In this document: positions 9,023-18,856 of the stretch, one piece after another | Position numbering within the stretch: position 1 is the first letter of the stretch | Layout of the letters: each line of letters begins with the position of its first letter | Notes under the pieces: model-generated | What the model saw: the letters and a program-made list of their open reading frames with translations, nothing else | Databases searched by the model: none | Told to the model about the DNA's origin: nothing | Position numbers and translations under genes: made by a program | Origin: Actinomycetota bacterium | GTDB lineage: Bacteria > Actinomycetota > Acidimicrobiia > IMCC26256 > PALSA-555 | Reading direction: 5' to 3' | NCBI GenBank assembly: GCA_003140175.1 | Contig: PLJD01000077.1 | Span: 29,141 to 93,140, forward strand | DNA: 64,000 bases

Positions 9023-11212
9023 GTGCTGCAACGGCTCGCGCATTTCTCGTATGAACGCCGGCGACTGATCCTGCTGCTGTGGGTCGCCGCGCTCATCGCG
9101 GTCAACGTCATCGGCTCGAGCATTGGCTCGTCGTATTCGCAGAGCTTCTCGTTGCCGGGCACCGAATCGCAGCGAGCGACCGACCTCCTCCAAGCACGTT
9201 TCCCGGCCAGGGCTGGGGATTCGGGTCAGATCGTGTTCTCGACTCTTGCTGGTGTTCGGGCAACGGCGGTTGAAGCACGGCTGGGCCGTGTCTTTGCTGC
9301 GGTCGCTCACGTCCCTGGGGTCACGGGCGTCGAAAGCCCATACGCCACCGTCGGCAACCGCCAAGTCTCGACAGACGGGACGGTGGCGTACGCGACAGTT
9401 GACTTCGCCGAGCGTGGCAATCAGATCACGACGCAGACCAAGGACGCGGTCGAGAACCTCGCTGTCGCGGCGCGTGGCAACGGTCTCAAAGTCGAGCTCG
9501 GCGGGCAAATGTTCGAATCCAAGCCGGCTCTGGGCGCTACCGAGCTGATCGGCATCATCGCCGCGATCATCATCTTGCTGGTGGTCTTCGGGTCCGTGCT
9601 GGCGATGGGCTTGCCGATCATGACTGCGCTGTTCGGCATCGGCATCGGCCTTGCCTTCGTCGAGATGATCTCCCGAGTGCTCTCGACACCGAACTTTGCT
9701 GCCGAGCTGGCATCCATGATCGGCATCGGCGTCGGCATTGATTACGCGCTGTTCATCGTCACTCGATACCGCCAAGGACTCCAAGAAGGACTTGCGCCAG
9801 AGCTAGCCGTGGTCCGCGCGATTGACACCGCCGGACGAGCGGTTGTCTTCGCCGGCACGACGGTCATGATCTCTGTTCTGGGCCTGTACCTGATGGGCGT
9901 GGCGTTCGTCCAGGGCCTCGCGGTCGGCACGTCTCTGACTGTCGCGCTCATCATGCTGGCATCGATCACGCTCCTGCCTGCGGTACTTGGCTTCGCCGGG
10001 CGCAACATCGACAAGCTCTCGGTTCCTGGGCGCCGCACCCGAGAGACCCAATCGCGCCAGAGCTTTTGGTTCCGTTGGAGTCGGCTGGTGCAGCGCCGAC
10101 CCTGGCCCGCGTTCCTGGCGACGCTGGCGGTATTGGGCGTGCTGGCGGTTCCGCTGTTCAGCCTTCGTCAGGGATTCAGCGACGCAGGCGGGAACCCGAC
10201 GAGCGACACGACGCGGCGAGCGTATGACCTGTTGGCCCACGGGTTTGGACCCGGGTTCAACGGGCCGCTCACCCTGGCAGCCGAGTTTCCCAAGGGTACG
10301 AACCCGGCAGCATTGAACAACCTGGTGGTCGCGGTGCGCGACACGCCCGGGGTCGCAGCGGCCAGCCCCCCCACGCTGAGCCCGTCGGGGACAGCGGCGG
10401 TCATCCAGGTGGTCCCGACCAGCTCACCTCAGGCGGTGCAGACCACCGATTTGGTCACCCATCTCCGAGACCGGGTCATCCCTCAGGCCGTGAACCGGAC
10501 CTCAGTCGTCGTCCATGTCGGCGGGCTCACCGCAGAAACGATCGACGTGTCAAACGCCCTGTCATCCCGGCTGCCACTGTTCATCGGTGCGGTCCTGGCG
10601 TTGAGCTTCTTACTCCTGCTCGTCGTGTTCCGAAGTGTGCTCGTGCCGCTCAAGGCCGTTGTCATGAACCTTCTCTCGATCGGTGCTGCGTACGGCGTGA
10701 TCGTCGCCGTATTCCAGTGGGGTTGGCTCGGCAGCGTCGTCGGGATCAGCAAGACCGGACCGATCGCGCCCTTCATTCCCATGATGATGTTCGCGATCAC
10801 CTTCGGACTGTCGATGGACTACGAACTGTTTCTGCTCTCCCGTATCCGAGAGCAGTATGACCGAACCCATGACAACGGTCTCGCGGTAGCTGACGGACTC
10901 GCCTCAACCGCACGCGTGATCACCGCGGCCGCGTTGATCATGGTGATCGTCTTCTTGAGCTTCGTGACCGGTAGCGAGCCCACGCTCAAGCTCTTCGGGC
11001 TGGGACTGGCAGCGGCCATCTTCATCGACGCGACCCTGGTGCGAATGGTGCTCGTGCCCGCGACCATGGAACTGCTCGGCGACCGAAACTGGTGGCTCCC
11101 GCCCTGGCTGGAGCGCATCACGCCTCGACTCCACGTGGAATCCAGCGAGCCCGAGCCAACGCCCGAACCGGTACCGGCGACAACCGAACCTGTTCCGACC
11201 GGTGCCGCTTGA
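9023..11212 (+). CDS. MMPL-family (RND superfamily) membrane transporter
   Basis: 729-aa ORF with two 6-TM bundles separated by soluble loops. Characteristic strings are IGIGVGIDYALFIVTRYR and FGLSMDYELFLLSRIRE. Confidence 0.9.
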   Translation: MLQRLAHFSYERRRLILLLWVAALIAVNVIGSSIGSSYSQSFSLPGTESQRATDLLQARFPARAGDSGQIVFSTLAGVRATAVEARLGRVFAAVAHVPGVTGVESPYATVGNRQVSTDGTVAYATVDFAERGNQITTQTKDAVENLAVAARGNGLKVELGGQMFESKPALGATELIGIIAAIIILLVVFGSVLAMGLPIMTALFGIGIGLAFVEMISRVLSTPNFAAELASMIGIGVGIDYALFIVTRYRQGLQEGLAPELAVVRAIDTAGRAVVFAGTTVMISVLGLYLMGVAFVQGLAVGTSLTVALIMLASITLLPAVLGFAGRNIDKLSVPGRRTRETQSRQSFWFRWSRLVQRRPWPAFLATLAVLGVLAVPLFSLRQGFSDAGGNPTSDTTRRAYDLLAHGFGPGFNGPLTLAAEFPKGTNPAALNNLVVAVRDTPGVAAASPPTLSPSGTAAVIQVVPTSSPQAVQTTDLVTHLRDRVIPQAVNRTSVVVHVGGLTAETIDVSNALSSRLPLFIGAVLALSFLLLLVVFRSVLVPLKAVVMNLLSIGAAYGVIVAVFQWGWLGSVVGISKTGPIAPFIPMMMFAITFGLSMDYELFLLSRIREQYDRTHDNGLAVADGLASTARVITAAALIMVIVFLSFVTGSEPTLKLFGLGLAAAIFIDATLVRMVLVPATMELLGDRNWWLPPWLERITPRLHVESSEPEPTPEPVPATTEPVPTGAA

Positions 11213-11338
11213 CGCCACGCTGCGACCAGATGCCAAAAGTTCGCGCTCCGTACCATGCACCATGGCATGGATGTGCCGTCCCGGGCACGCAGCGCGAGGC
11301 CAGCATTCGGGGCACGTCCCAGTGGCAGGAGGTCTCCG

Positions 11339-12205
11339 TTACGCCGCGCTGAGCTCGGCTGTCTCGTCAGGCGTGAGCCGCAACGACACGGCCTGGACGT
11401 TCTCTTCCAAGTGGGCCACCGATCCGGTGCCCGGGATAGGCAGCATCACTGCCGAGCGGGCGAGCAGCCACGCCAGCGCGACCTGGTGCGGAGTGGCACC
11501 ACGTGCTTTCGCAACCCGCGCGACGGGGGAGTCGCGGCCGATCCTGCCCGCCTCAACCGGCGCCCACGGTAGGAACGCGATCGACTCGACCTCGCACCGG
11601 TCGACCAGCGAGTCGGAGCTGCGGTCGATGCGGCTGTAACGGTTCTGCACCGACACGATCGGCGTGAGCCGCATCGCCTGATCGAGTTGAGCTTCGCTCA
11701 CGTTGCTCAAACCGATGTGACGGATCTTCCCCTGGTGCTTGAGTTCGACGAGCATGCCGACCGAGTCCTCGAACGGCACCTTGGGATCGGGACGGTGGAG
11801 CTGGTACAGCGGGATCTGATCGAGCCGCAGCCGCTGCAGGCTCTCGTCGCAGGCGGCGCGCAGATGCTGCGGCCGGCCATCGGTGGGCCACTGCCCGGGC
11901 CCGGTCCGCTTCAGACCCCCCTTGGTCGCGATGACGAGATCGTCGGGATACGGGTGCAGCGCTTCAGCGATCAAGCGCTCGCTCACGAAGGGACCGTACG
12001 AGTCGGCGGTGTCGATGAGGTTGACACCCACCTCCACCGCTCGTCGCAACACCGCGATCGCTTGGTCGAGATCGGGAGGGTCGCCCCAGATCCCCGGTCC
12101 GGTGATGCGCATGGCCCCGAACCCGAGCCGCCGCACCGGGAGGTCACCCCCCAGGCCGAAGGTTGTGACCGCCTGGTTGCCGGTCGAAGGATTGGCCATC
12201 GTCAT
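11339..12205 (-). CDS. Aldo/keto reductase
   Basis: Contains LGFGAMRITG..., NLIDTADSYGP, IATKGG and IRHIGLSN, which are AKR signature segments. Confidence 0.9.
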   Translation of the reverse strand: MTMANPSTGNQAVTTFGLGGDLPVRRLGFGAMRITGPGIWGDPPDLDQAIAVLRRAVEVGVNLIDTADSYGPFVSERLIAEALHPYPDDLVIATKGGLKRTGPGQWPTDGRPQHLRAACDESLQRLRLDQIPLYQLHRPDPKVPFEDSVGMLVELKHQGKIRHIGLSNVSEAQLDQAMRLTPIVSVQNRYSRIDRSSDSLVDRCEVESIAFLPWAPVEAGRIGRDSPVARVAKARGATPHQVALAWLLARSAVMLPIPGTGSVAHLEENVQAVSLRLTPDETAELSAA

Positions 12206-12753
12206 GCTCTCTGTATCTCCGTGCGGCTACCGCTCAGGGCGTAGGAGGGAGTACGTCATCAGCAGTCTTTGGTACTGGTTCAGCGTGAGTGTCACACCCG
12301 CGCGCAGCGTCGACCCTCGCGAGCCGCCGGCCGATCGGGGGGAGGGTTCGTGAAACCGCCTGCTGGGCTGCTGACGTAGAGCCGAATGCACGCGCAGGGT
12401 GAAACTGACCCACGACCCAGTATCTCCCACCCGGTCGGGCATTTCCACCGGCCGCGGGGGCTGAGCGGCGCGATGGTGGGAGCGGCACCACCTGGTCGGC
12501 GGGGAACCGGCACTTGGTAACCATCTCGGCGTGCGTTGAGGACTTGGCCGAGATGGCCGAGCCGGCGCCTGGCCATACTTTCAGCCGTGACGGTGAACGG
12601 CCGTGCAGGGCGAGGACGAGCGTGGTGATCGTTTCACGCTGATGGTCCCGCCTCGTGAAGAGCGGCGGCCCTCGAAACGCCGATTCCGGCTTCGCTCATG
12701 AGATCCACTCCGGCGTCACCAAGCTGACAATCGAATCGGTGCGACGAACGCCT

Positions 12754-13710
12754 CTATCTGGCCGCTGCGAAGTGATTTGTGGCGCGGATCAGTTCTTGTG
12801 CAAGGCGGGCGTCGGGGGAATGCCCGGCCTCGTCGACGACCACGAGCCTGGCTTGTGGCCACACGCGCTTGAGTTCCCATGCGTTGCCGACGGGTGCCTG
12901 AAAGTCGAAACGCCCATTCACCAGGACTCCGGGAATGTCGGCCAAGGAGTCAGCTCCGCGCAACAGGCTTCCGGGCTCGAGCCAGGCGTCGTGGCGAACG
13001 TAGTGGGTAACGAGGCGAGCGAACGCCATCGAAAAGGCGGCATCGTTAAACCTCGGGGCCAGCCCAGGAGTCGGAGGCCACGCTGGGGTCGCGGATTCCC
13101 ACATGCACCACTCGAACGCGGCTCGCTGGCGAACCGCGAGATCGGGATCGTGCAGGAGGTGGTAGTACGCCTCGACCGGATCGCTTTCGGCGGCCGGCGT
13201 TGCAGCGCACAAGCGCTCCCACTGCTCGGGAAAGAAGACGGCCACGCCGCCGCGAAACAGCCAGTTGAACTCCTCGCGTCGTCCTGTCGTGACACCGAAC
13301 AAGATCATCTCCGTGACGCGGTCGGCGTACCTCTCGGCGTAGGCGAGCGCCAACGTGGTGCCCCACGACCCGCGCAAGACCAACCAGCGGTCGACATCCA
13401 AGCGTTGACGCAGCAGTTCGATGTCGGCGATCAGGTTCGAGGTGTTGTTGCTCGTCAGATCAGTATCGGGTGAGCTTGCGTGCGGCGTGCTCCGCCCACA
13501 ACCCCGCTGATCGAACAAGGCGACCCGGTAGGCCTCAGGGTCGAACAGCCTGCGGTGCCACGCCGAACATCCCGAGCCTGGACCGCCGTGGAGGACGACG
13601 GCCGGTTTGCCGTCAGGATTGCCGCACGTCTCCCAGTACACGGAGTTGCCGTCGGCGGCATCCAACATCCCATGCTCGTACGGTTCGATCTCTGGATACA
13701 GACCTGTCAT
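12754..13710 (-). CDS. pip: Prolyl aminopeptidase (proline iminopeptidase), alpha/beta hydrolase
   Basis: Contains YPEIEPYEHGMLD, VVLHGGPGSG, FDQRGCGRSTP and the nucleophile elbow GSWGTTL, the classic pip pattern. Confidence 0.9.
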   Translation of the reverse strand: MTGLYPEIEPYEHGMLDAADGNSVYWETCGNPDGKPAVVLHGGPGSGCSAWHRRLFDPEAYRVALFDQRGCGRSTPHASSPDTDLTSNNTSNLIADIELLRQRLDVDRWLVLRGSWGTTLALAYAERYADRVTEMILFGVTTGRREEFNWLFRGGVAVFFPEQWERLCAATPAAESDPVEAYYHLLHDPDLAVRQRAAFEWCMWESATPAWPPTPGLAPRFNDAAFSMAFARLVTHYVRHDAWLEPGSLLRGADSLADIPGVLVNGRFDFQAPVGNAWELKRVWPQARLVVVDEAGHSPDARLAQELIRATNHFAAAR

Positions 13711-13997
13711 GACAGTCGCTTGGATCCCATGCCTCGGAGCGGCCGACCCGATGATGTCATCCCAAGTTGGCCATCGAACATCGACTTCGGCAGGCCGGTG
13801 ACGGCCTCCGACGGGATCCAGGACACCGCCCGGACGGAAGATGCGATCCGCCCGTTACCGCCTCGACGGGCCTCGCGACCACGGTGCGGATCTCGGACAG
13901 TTTCCACCAGGGCCCGAGCCCCCAGGCCCGAGGGGAGGCTGGCATCCCCGTGCCGTGGAGGTGGGCCACCTTGCCGGCTGAGCGTCGGAGGGGCTCA

Positions 13998-15347
13998 ATG
14001 ATGTACATGGCCGGGCGAGCAGAGGATCGGGAGCGGAGGATCTCGGTGTTCCTCGCCGACGACAACGTCATCGTGCGTGAGGGGGTCCGAGCCCTGCTGG
14101 AGCTCGAGCCTGACTTTGAGATCGTCGGTACTGCGGGCGACTATGACGAGCTGGTCGACGGCGCGGACGTCGCCGCGCCCCAAGTGCTCGTCACCGACAT
14201 CCGGATGCCCCCGAGCTTTCAAAGTGAAGGCATCGACGCCGCCAAAGAGCTGCGCAAGCGTCACCCAGGCACCGGCATCGTGGTGCTGTCCCAGTACGAC
14301 GACCCTGAGTACGCGGTGGCGCTGCTCGCCGACGGGGCAGCCGGCTACGCCTACCTCCTGAAGGACCACGTGGCCGAGGCGGACCAGCTCGCATCCGCGG
14401 TGCGCACCGTGGCAACTGGCGGCTCCGTGATCGACCCCAAGATCGTCGACGCGCTGGTCAGCCCCGTGGCCGGGGAGGGCAGCCTCACGGGCGCCGAGGA
14501 AGCGTTGCTCCACGATGTCGCCGAGGGCCGGCCGATCAAGGCCATCGCGACGACGCAACACACGACGCCGGCCGCGGTCGCTGACGCGGTCGAGGCTATG
14601 TTCCTCAAGCTCTCCCAGGGGGCGACGGCGGGGACCGCCGGCTCACTGCGCCGGTTGCGCATGTTGCACCAAGCGATCGTCGACCGCGAGGAACAGGGTG
14701 AGACACTCAGCCGACTCCTGCCCACCGGGGTCGCCGAGAAGCTCCGCCGCGAAGGTGGCCGAATCGGAAGGACCGAAGAGCTCGTCGTCACCGTCTTGAT
14801 GTCCGACGTGCGAGGCTATTCGGGGATCGCCGAGCAAGCCGACCCGAGCAGTCTTGCCTCGCAACTCAACGAGCACCGAGCCGAGATGAACCACGCGATC
14901 CTCGACGAGGGCGGCACGGTCATGCAGTTCGTCGGTGACGCCGTGATGGCCTGCTTTGGCGCCCCGGTGGCACAACCGGACCACGCCGACCATGCGGTCA
15001 ACGCCGCACGGGCCATGCACGAACGCCAAGCATCGGTCAACCAGCGCTGGGAACGGGACGGGCTTTCGTGCTTTGGGCTGGGCATCGGCATCTCGACCGG
15101 TCCGGTGGCGGCTGCGCTCCTGGGCTCCGAGGAACGCCTTGAGTACACGCTGGTCGGCGACACCGTGAACCTGGCCCAACGGTTGCAGGACCTGGCCCGT
15201 CCTGCCGGCCGAGTCGTCTTGAGCGAAGCGACCCTCGAAGCGCTGCGCCAGCCCCTGGAGTGCGTGGAACTCGGGCCGCAGGCAGTGAAGGGGCGCCAAC
15301 ATACCGTGCGAGCGTTTCTGATCGATACGACCGGAGGCACGAGCTGA
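13998..15347 (+). CDS. Hybrid response regulator: receiver + GerE/LuxR-like HTH + class III nucleotide cyclase domain
   Basis: ATG 13998 follows GGAGGGG. REC domain (VLVTDIRMPP, VVLSQ, YLLK), HTH-like segment (LTGAEEALLHDVAEGRPIKAIATT...FLKL), and cyclase motifs (VTVLMSDVRGYSG, FVGDAVMACFG, GISTGPV, YTLVGDTVNLAQRL). Confidence 0.85.
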   Translation: MMYMAGRAEDRERRISVFLADDNVIVREGVRALLELEPDFEIVGTAGDYDELVDGADVAAPQVLVTDIRMPPSFQSEGIDAAKELRKRHPGTGIVVLSQYDDPEYAVALLADGAAGYAYLLKDHVAEADQLASAVRTVATGGSVIDPKIVDALVSPVAGEGSLTGAEEALLHDVAEGRPIKAIATTQHTTPAAVADAVEAMFLKLSQGATAGTAGSLRRLRMLHQAIVDREEQGETLSRLLPTGVAEKLRREGGRIGRTEELVVTVLMSDVRGYSGIAEQADPSSLASQLNEHRAEMNHAILDEGGTVMQFVGDAVMACFGAPVAQPDHADHAVNAARAMHERQASVNQRWERDGLSCFGLGIGISTGPVAAALLGSEERLEYTLVGDTVNLAQRLQDLARPAGRVVLSEATLEALRQPLECVELGPQAVKGRQHTVRAFLIDTTGGTS

Positions 15348-16063
15348 TGGATGAGGACTGCGTCGTCGAAACCCGGGGACTCCGCAAGACGTTCGAATCT
15401 GACGGCGCGCCGGTGCGCGCCCTGCGCGGGGTCGACTTCACCATGCGGCGCGGAGAGTTCGTCGCCATCATGGGACCCTCGGGGTGTGGCAAGTCGACCT
15501 TGCTCAACCTGGTCGCTGGTCTGGACACGCCGACCGACGGCGAGGTGGCCCTCGCTGGGGAGAGCCTGGTCGGACGCAGCGAGGACGAGCTCGCCGTCAT
15601 GCGCCGCCGACACATCGGCATCGTCTTTCAGTTCTTCAACCTCCTTGAGGGGATGACCGTGCTGGAGAACGTCACCCTGCCCGCGGTGATCGCCGGCGCC
15701 CCCCGCAAACGCGCCGAGTCCCGAGCCCGTGACCTGCTCGACCTCCTCGGCCTCGCCGAGAAGGCCAACGACGCCCCCGGCGTCCTCTCAGGCGGACAGC
15801 GCCAACGCCTCGCGATCGCCCGGGCGCTCGCCAACGAACCAACCCTGGTACTCGCGGATGAGCCGACCGGGGCCCTCGATTCCGAGAGCGGCCAGGAGGT
15901 TCTTGAGTTGTTCCGACGCCTTCACGCTGGCGGTCAGACCATTCTGCTCGTCACCCACGACGACCACGTGGCCGCCCGGTCCGACCGAATCGTGCACATG
16001 CGCGACGGCCGAGTCGACTCGCACACCGACCAACCGCCGCTCACCGCCATCCCGTTGCCGTAA
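15347..16063 (+). CDS. ABC transporter ATP-binding protein (MacB/LolD/FtsE-like)
   Basis: ATG overlaps the upstream stop (TGATG), with GGAGG 10 nt upstream. Walker A GPSGCGKST, signature LSGGQRQR, Walker B LVLADEPTGALD. Confidence 0.9.
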   Translation: MDEDCVVETRGLRKTFESDGAPVRALRGVDFTMRRGEFVAIMGPSGCGKSTLLNLVAGLDTPTDGEVALAGESLVGRSEDELAVMRRRHIGIVFQFFNLLEGMTVLENVTLPAVIAGAPRKRAESRARDLLDLLGLAEKANDAPGVLSGGQRQRLAIARALANEPTLVLADEPTGALDSESGQEVLELFRRLHAGGQTILLVTHDDHVAARSDRIVHMRDGRVDSHTDQPPLTAIPLP

Positions 16064-16100
16064 CGGCGGGGCGTCGCGGCCTGGAGAATCGAGCGCATCG

Positions 16101-18275
16101 ATGGTGACCAGCATGAAGCCTCAAACCCCACCTGGTGAGCGCCTCGAGATCACTGGCATCCGCGATCACCTGCACGAACCTCGCCGCCTCCGAGGGCGCG
16201 GATGGCTCACCGCCGCCGTCGCGCTCCTGGCCGCCGGCGGGGCCCTGCTGGGCGCGTCACTGGACGTGAGGATGCCTGTCGGCGCTGGTCGGTTCTTGAG
16301 CACCGGCCTGATCGTGGCCTGGTGCGTCTGCGCCCTGTACCTAGCGAAACGTCGTCCAGACGAGCCCTCAGGGCTCGTGATGAGCACGGGCGCGCTGGGC
16401 GCCACGCTCGCCGTGCTGGGAACGGTGCTGCTGGGACGGCACGTGGGGTCTTCGGCTCGCGACCTCGCCGCCGCCTGTCGTGCGATGGGGGTCGCGGCGT
16501 TGCCGGCGTGCGGCCTGCATCTTGTCCTGGGGCTTCCCGACGGGCGGTTGCGGTCCACGGCACGCCGAACGATCGTCGGCCTCGCCTATGGCGCCGCGCT
16601 TGGTGTCGCGGTCCTCGGCTTCACGCGGCGCCCCGCGCTCCCGCTCGTCGGCGTCGCCGTGCTGTCAGTGTTCGCCGGCACCGCGGCGGCGCTCGGATTC
16701 GTTGCTCGTTGCCGCCAGGCCACCCCCAGCACCCGGCCTCGGCTGCAGTGGCCGGCTTGGGGGGTGACGGTCGCGATCGCCATCGGGTCGGGGACGGCCG
16801 TCCTGAACGGGCTGGTCGCCTGGCCGGGCCCGATCCGCGCCATCGCGGTCGGCGCGACCGTCCTCATACCGCTGTCGCTGGCGATCGCAGCGTCGGGTCA
16901 GATCGCCGTGCGGATCGATCGGCTCCTCGTGCACACGATCACGCTCGCCGGCTTGGTTGGTCTGGTCGGAACGTCCTACGTGCTGGTGGTCGTGGGCCTG
17001 GGCAGAACGCCAACCGGCGACGAACGCTCCCTCCTCGGACTCTCGATTCTCGCCGCCGCCATCGCAGCCCTGCTCTGGGTCCCAGCTCGGAGGCGCCTGA
17101 CCGACTTCGCGACCCGGCGTGTCTACGGCGAACGCCACGCTCCCGACGAACTGCTGCGCACCTTCGGGAGCCGCCTCACCCGGGCGCTGCCGCTCGATGA
17201 GCTGCTGCTCCAGCTCGCCGAATCCCTGAAGAAGACGATGGCCCTCGAGGCAGCCGAGGTCTGGACGCGCTCCGCCGAAGGTCGCCTCGAACGTGTGGTA
17301 TCCGTGCCCGATCGCGGGCCGGCGGCGATCGCCCTCGGCGCCGACGAAGAGCGCGTCGTCGCGCGCGCTGGCGTTTCGGGGCCGGTGTGGGCACGCGTCT
17401 GGCTCCCCGCGCTGATCCCCACCGACCGAGAGGAACCGGTACTCCGGATCGTCCCAATCACGAACTCAGGCGAGCTGCTCGGCCTCATGGTGGCGAGCCG
17501 ACCCGACGGCGCCATCGCCTTCGACGACCATGACGACCAGGCCCTCACCGAGCTCGCCCGCCAGGTCGGCCTCGCGCTGCACAACGTCAAGCTCGACTCC
17601 GCACTCCAGGAGTCCCTCGACGAGGTCCGACGCCAAGCGGATGAGCTCCGCGCCTCGCGAGCCCGGATTGTCCAGGCGGGGGACGCGCAACGCCGGGCCA
17701 TCGAGCGCGACCTGCACGACGGCGCGCAGCAGCACCTCGTCGCGCTGGCGGTGAGCGTTCGGCTCGCCCGCCAAGTCGCCGAGTCCGATGTGTCGCAAAC
17801 GATCACGATGCTCGAAGCGATCGGGACGGACCTGCAAGACGCGGTGCAGGAGCTACGCAACCTCGCGCACGGGATCTACCCGCCGCTCCTCGCCGAGCGG
17901 GGCCTGCCCGAGGCGCTGTCGGCCGCGGCGGGGCGTGCGGCCCTGCCCACCAGCGCCGAAGCCGAGAGCGTGGGCCGATACCCCCAGGCGACCGAAGCCG
18001 CCATCTATTTCTGCGTGCTCGAGGCGCTCCAGAACGCGGGGAAGCACGCCGGCGACGGCGCCCAAGCCACGATCAAGCTGCACGAGAACGAAGGCGCCCT
18101 CCTCTTCGAGGTCGCCGACGACGGCGCCGGCTTCGACCTCGCGACCGGCGCGCATCACGGCCACGGCTTCGTCAACATGGCCGACCGCGTGGGCGCCATT
18201 GGCGGCACGATCACGGTCGACTCGGCCCCGGGAACCGGAACTCGAATCTCGGGCCGCATCCCGCTCCTCGGCTAA
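16101..18275 (+). CDS. Polytopic sensor histidine kinase (membrane domain + GAF + HisKA_3 + HATPase_c)
   Basis: Track ORF trimmed to ATG 16101. About 10 hydrophobic helices by eye. GAF-like segment (ITNSGELLGLMVASR...LARQVGLALHN), H-box DLHDGAQQHLVAL (HisKA_3), and N/G boxes (LQNAGKHA, DDGAGF, GGTITVDSAPGTGT). Confidence 0.85.
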   Translation: MVTSMKPQTPPGERLEITGIRDHLHEPRRLRGRGWLTAAVALLAAGGALLGASLDVRMPVGAGRFLSTGLIVAWCVCALYLAKRRPDEPSGLVMSTGALGATLAVLGTVLLGRHVGSSARDLAAACRAMGVAALPACGLHLVLGLPDGRLRSTARRTIVGLAYGAALGVAVLGFTRRPALPLVGVAVLSVFAGTAAALGFVARCRQATPSTRPRLQWPAWGVTVAIAIGSGTAVLNGLVAWPGPIRAIAVGATVLIPLSLAIAASGQIAVRIDRLLVHTITLAGLVGLVGTSYVLVVVGLGRTPTGDERSLLGLSILAAAIAALLWVPARRRLTDFATRRVYGERHAPDELLRTFGSRLTRALPLDELLLQLAESLKKTMALEAAEVWTRSAEGRLERVVSVPDRGPAAIALGADEERVVARAGVSGPVWARVWLPALIPTDREEPVLRIVPITNSGELLGLMVASRPDGAIAFDDHDDQALTELARQVGLALHNVKLDSALQESLDEVRRQADELRASRARIVQAGDAQRRAIERDLHDGAQQHLVALAVSVRLARQVAESDVSQTITMLEAIGTDLQDAVQELRNLAHGIYPPLLAERGLPEALSAAAGRAALPTSAEAESVGRYPQATEAAIYFCVLEALQNAGKHAGDGAQATIKLHENEGALLFEVADDGAGFDLATGAHHGHGFVNMADRVGAIGGTITVDSAPGTGTRISGRIPLLG

Positions 18276-18345
18276 CGCGGCAAGCCAAGTCGATTCGTCC
18301 CCGTTTGGTCGCGGTGGCCGCCCGCGGTGGCCGACCAAGTTTGGT

Positions 18346-18741
18346 TCAGGTTTGCGCCCGTCCTGCCCAGAGGTCCTGCACCACGGCCGGCCCGAACTCC
18401 TCTTTGTTGACATACGCGGTCGCGCCACAGTCCAGCGCGTCCGCCGAGAGGTCGTCGGCCTGGTAGGTGGAGAGCAACACGACGACGACCCCGGGATGCT
18501 CGGCCGTGATGTGACGGGCGGCCTCGATCCCGCTGATACCGGGCATGTTGATGTCCATGAGCACGAGCCCGGGCGTGAGGCGGTCAACGAGCTCGATCGC
18601 CTCTTCGCCGCTCTTCGCCTCCTCTACCACTTCGAATCCCGGTGTCAGGCCGACCACGGCTCGCGCCGCCCGTCGAAACGGCGCCTGGTCGTCGACGATG
18701 AGGACTGCGACCTGATCGCCGGGCACACCCCAGTCTCGCAT
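18346..18741 (-). CDS. Stand-alone response-regulator receiver domain protein
   Basis: Contains VLIVDDQ...LVLMDINMPGISGIE...VVVLLSTY...YVNK. No output domain. Start ATG 18741. Confidence 0.8.
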   Translation of the reverse strand: MRDWGVPGDQVAVLIVDDQAPFRRAARAVVGLTPGFEVVEEAKSGEEAIELVDRLTPGLVLMDINMPGISGIEAARHITAEHPGVVVVLLSTYQADDLSADALDCGATAYVNKEEFGPAVVQDLWAGRAQT

Positions 18742-18856
18742 CCGGGCTGAGTCGGCCCCACCGTGGCGCCACCGAGTTGCTCGGGGTGCTAGCACCACCT
18801 GGGTTCGCCACTGACGCCATTCGGCTCGCTGCCTGCTGGCCCGATGGTGTGGGCGG

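Noticed and set aside
8450-9784. 444-aa ORF antisense to the 5' part of the MMPL gene and the upstream spacer
   Set aside because: The translation is Arg/Asp/Pro/Gly-rich low complexity with no family resemblance and no start-site context. It lies opposite a well-supported gene and is a typical shadow ORF of GC-rich DNA.
15729-16100. N-terminal 124-codon extension of the histidine kinase ORF overlapping the ABC ATPase gene
   Set aside because: The extension is Ser/Pro/Thr/Arg-rich and lies in an alternative frame of a well-supported gene. ATG 16101 gives a sensible N-terminus. The same logic was applied to the extensions of ORFs 1442-2788, 13767-15347, 36162-37754, 39944-41584, 48132-49169 and 50514-51623.
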